Below are positions 62,240 through 64,000 of a DNA stretch of 64,000 nucleotides, in pieces. Source of the stretch: Geosiphon pyriformis uo1 (lineage: Eukaryota > Fungi > Glomeromycota). The position numbers and the translations under genes are program-made. The stretch lies in NCBI GenBank assembly GCA_016748015.1, contig JAAOMT010000657.1:62001-126000 (forward strand), given 5' to 3'. The first letter of the stretch is position 1, and each line of letters begins with the position of its first letter. The notes under the pieces were generated by a model. The model saw nothing but the letters and a program-made list of their open reading frames with translations. It ran no database searches and had not been told where the DNA came from.

Positions 62240-63529
62240 ATGGACTTGGACAACTACTCTGTCTTAATAGAATTTTTGGGTAAAGGACAATACCCACCAG
62301 AATACAATTGACAGCAAAGAAAACATTTGTGCAAACAATCAAATTTCTATTTGATGCACCAAAACTAACTATACAAAAGAAACAGAAAAGATTTTGACCA
62401 CCCCCAGAGAGTCATAAGATTTGAAGAAAGAAAAATTGTGATCTACAATATGCACACTGATCCATTAGCTGGACACTTTGGAAAAACAAAAACAATTCAG
62501 AAAACCTTAGCTCGCTATTATTGGCTGAGTACATCAAAACTTGTGATATCTGCCAAAGAAGAGGAAAACCCAATTGCAAAGAAAACATCCATCCAATCTC
62601 TGTTGGCCAACCCTTTGACAGAATTGGTATAGATGTTGTTGGACCATTAACAATAACTTCTGATGGCAACAGATACATTATCACAGCTACTGACTATCTT
62701 ACAAAGTGGGTAGAAGCAAGAGCCACCCCAGATCAAACAGCAGTTTCCATTGCTAATTTCATTTATGAAGATATCATTTGTTGCCATGGCTGCCCCAAAA
62801 AACTTTTATCTGATAGAGGAAGAGCTTTTCTCAGTACACTGGTTGAAGAACTTTGTAGAAAAATGGGAATATGTCACAAACTTTTCTCCCCTTATCACCT
62901 CCAAACAAATGGCCTAGTGAAACGTTTTAATAGAACACTGTGAAACCTTAGCCAAAACAAGTGAAGAAACAAACTTATGGAACAAAGTACTGCCTTCAGC
63001 TTTGTTTGCTTATAGAACTGTAAATCATAACATAACAAGTTATGATTCTTTTTATCTGCTCTATGGACGAATGACAACACTACCAATAGAAATTGGTATT
63101 GAGACAATACCCTTTGAAGAGATCACAATAGGAAATTACAAAGACATTTTGCAAAGGAGACTTGGTACCATTCTTGACTTATTTGTAGAAGCATGAATAA
63201 TTGTCTTTGAAAAGGTAAAACAGTTCCAAGAAAAGCTTAAAAAGAAGAAAACTTATAAAACACTTTCTTTAAGTGTTGGTGACTTAGTTTTGGAATACTG
63301 CTCAGACAGAGACAATGTCTATGGTGATAAATTCTCTAGCCGGTGGAAAGGTCTCTTTATAGTCAACAAAGTTTTGAAAAATGGTTCTTATATTCTTCAA
63401 GATCAATCCGGAACAATCTTTAATGATCATTCTGTTCATGGCACGTGACTTAAGAAATATCACAAATGACCTGATTGGTTACCAGTTGTGGTAATACCAA
63501 CCCAAATGATTAGCAAAAACCAAGTATAA
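62240..63529 (+). pseudogene. GypB-9 integrase (separate ORF, broken)
   Basis: ATG GAC TTG GAC at 62240; ORF 62521-62943. Confidence 0.88.
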
Positions 63530-64000
63530 ATAAATGCACCATTTCCAAAACAGGGGTATCTTCAATCAACATAAACAATTATTTTCTGGATTAAAACATT
63601 CAAAATGCTTTCTATATTCTTCATAAGTATTGGATTAAAAACTATTCAAATGCTACTCTGACCATTAGAAAACAAATTACAATAACTGACAACAGTGGAA
63701 CACATACTGTTATCAGACCAAAGAAAACAACTACCAGAAGAGAAAGAATTGGTAGCAAAATGGATAAGTATCTGTTGGAAAGCATAACAGCAGCAATACT
63801 TGTATCTTCCACCACAATTGGAAAAATGATTAAAGAAATCTTGCCCATAGACAAAAACTTGTCATATGGAAGACAACTAGAGCTCTATGGTTGCCTTAGT
63901 GAAATCATAGAAGACATGAAGCTCATAAAGAAAACAACTTCTGAGATACAAGTGGAAATTTTGGGCATTATACAGTTGGATGTCCCAAAAGTTTTGACCA

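Larger units (their letters stand above)
57268..64000 (+). mobile_element. GypB-9 near full-length, runs off the window; inserted in LINE-c ORF1
   Basis: 5' LTR 57268-57954, PBS 57961-57979, gag 58007-59526, pol to 62174, INT 62240-63529, ORF3 from 63571. Confidence 0.93.

Noticed and set aside
1-64000. Classical Neurospora-type RIP
   Set aside because: CpA and TpG remain abundant while CpG is depleted; the pattern fits CpG-methylation decay better (not quantified)

Overview
Eukaryotic, AT-rich, CpG-depleted DNA. It resembles a Glomeromycota-type fungal genome, but that assignment is inference. No host gene was found: the whole window is a nest of decayed retroelements, which I resolved from LTR termini and 4-bp target-site duplications (TSDs). 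It holds nine copies or fragments of one Ty3/Gypsy family (GypB, ~7.7 kb, LTRs ~640-750 bp), three of a second Gypsy family (GypA, LTR ~850-900 bp, with dUTPase), and three non-LTR (LINE) pieces. The main result is that both Gypsy families share a non-canonical architecture. (1) Pol stops after RNase H, and integrase is a separate ORF with its own ATG after a 60-65 nt A/C-rich spacer. (2) A homologous ~210-220 aa non-Env ORF3, preceded by a TATA-like motif, lies between integrase and the polypurine tract (PPT). (3) U5 carries conserved boxes complementary to the anticodon arm of elongator tRNA-Met, the tRNA that the GypB primer-binding site (PBS) appears to match. GypB also has a U_UUA_AAC plus pseudoknot -1 frameshift signal and a 20-nt internal copy of its PPT region at the end of gag. 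Five N gaps cause local assembly artefacts. Coordinates were read by eye and may be off by a few bases.
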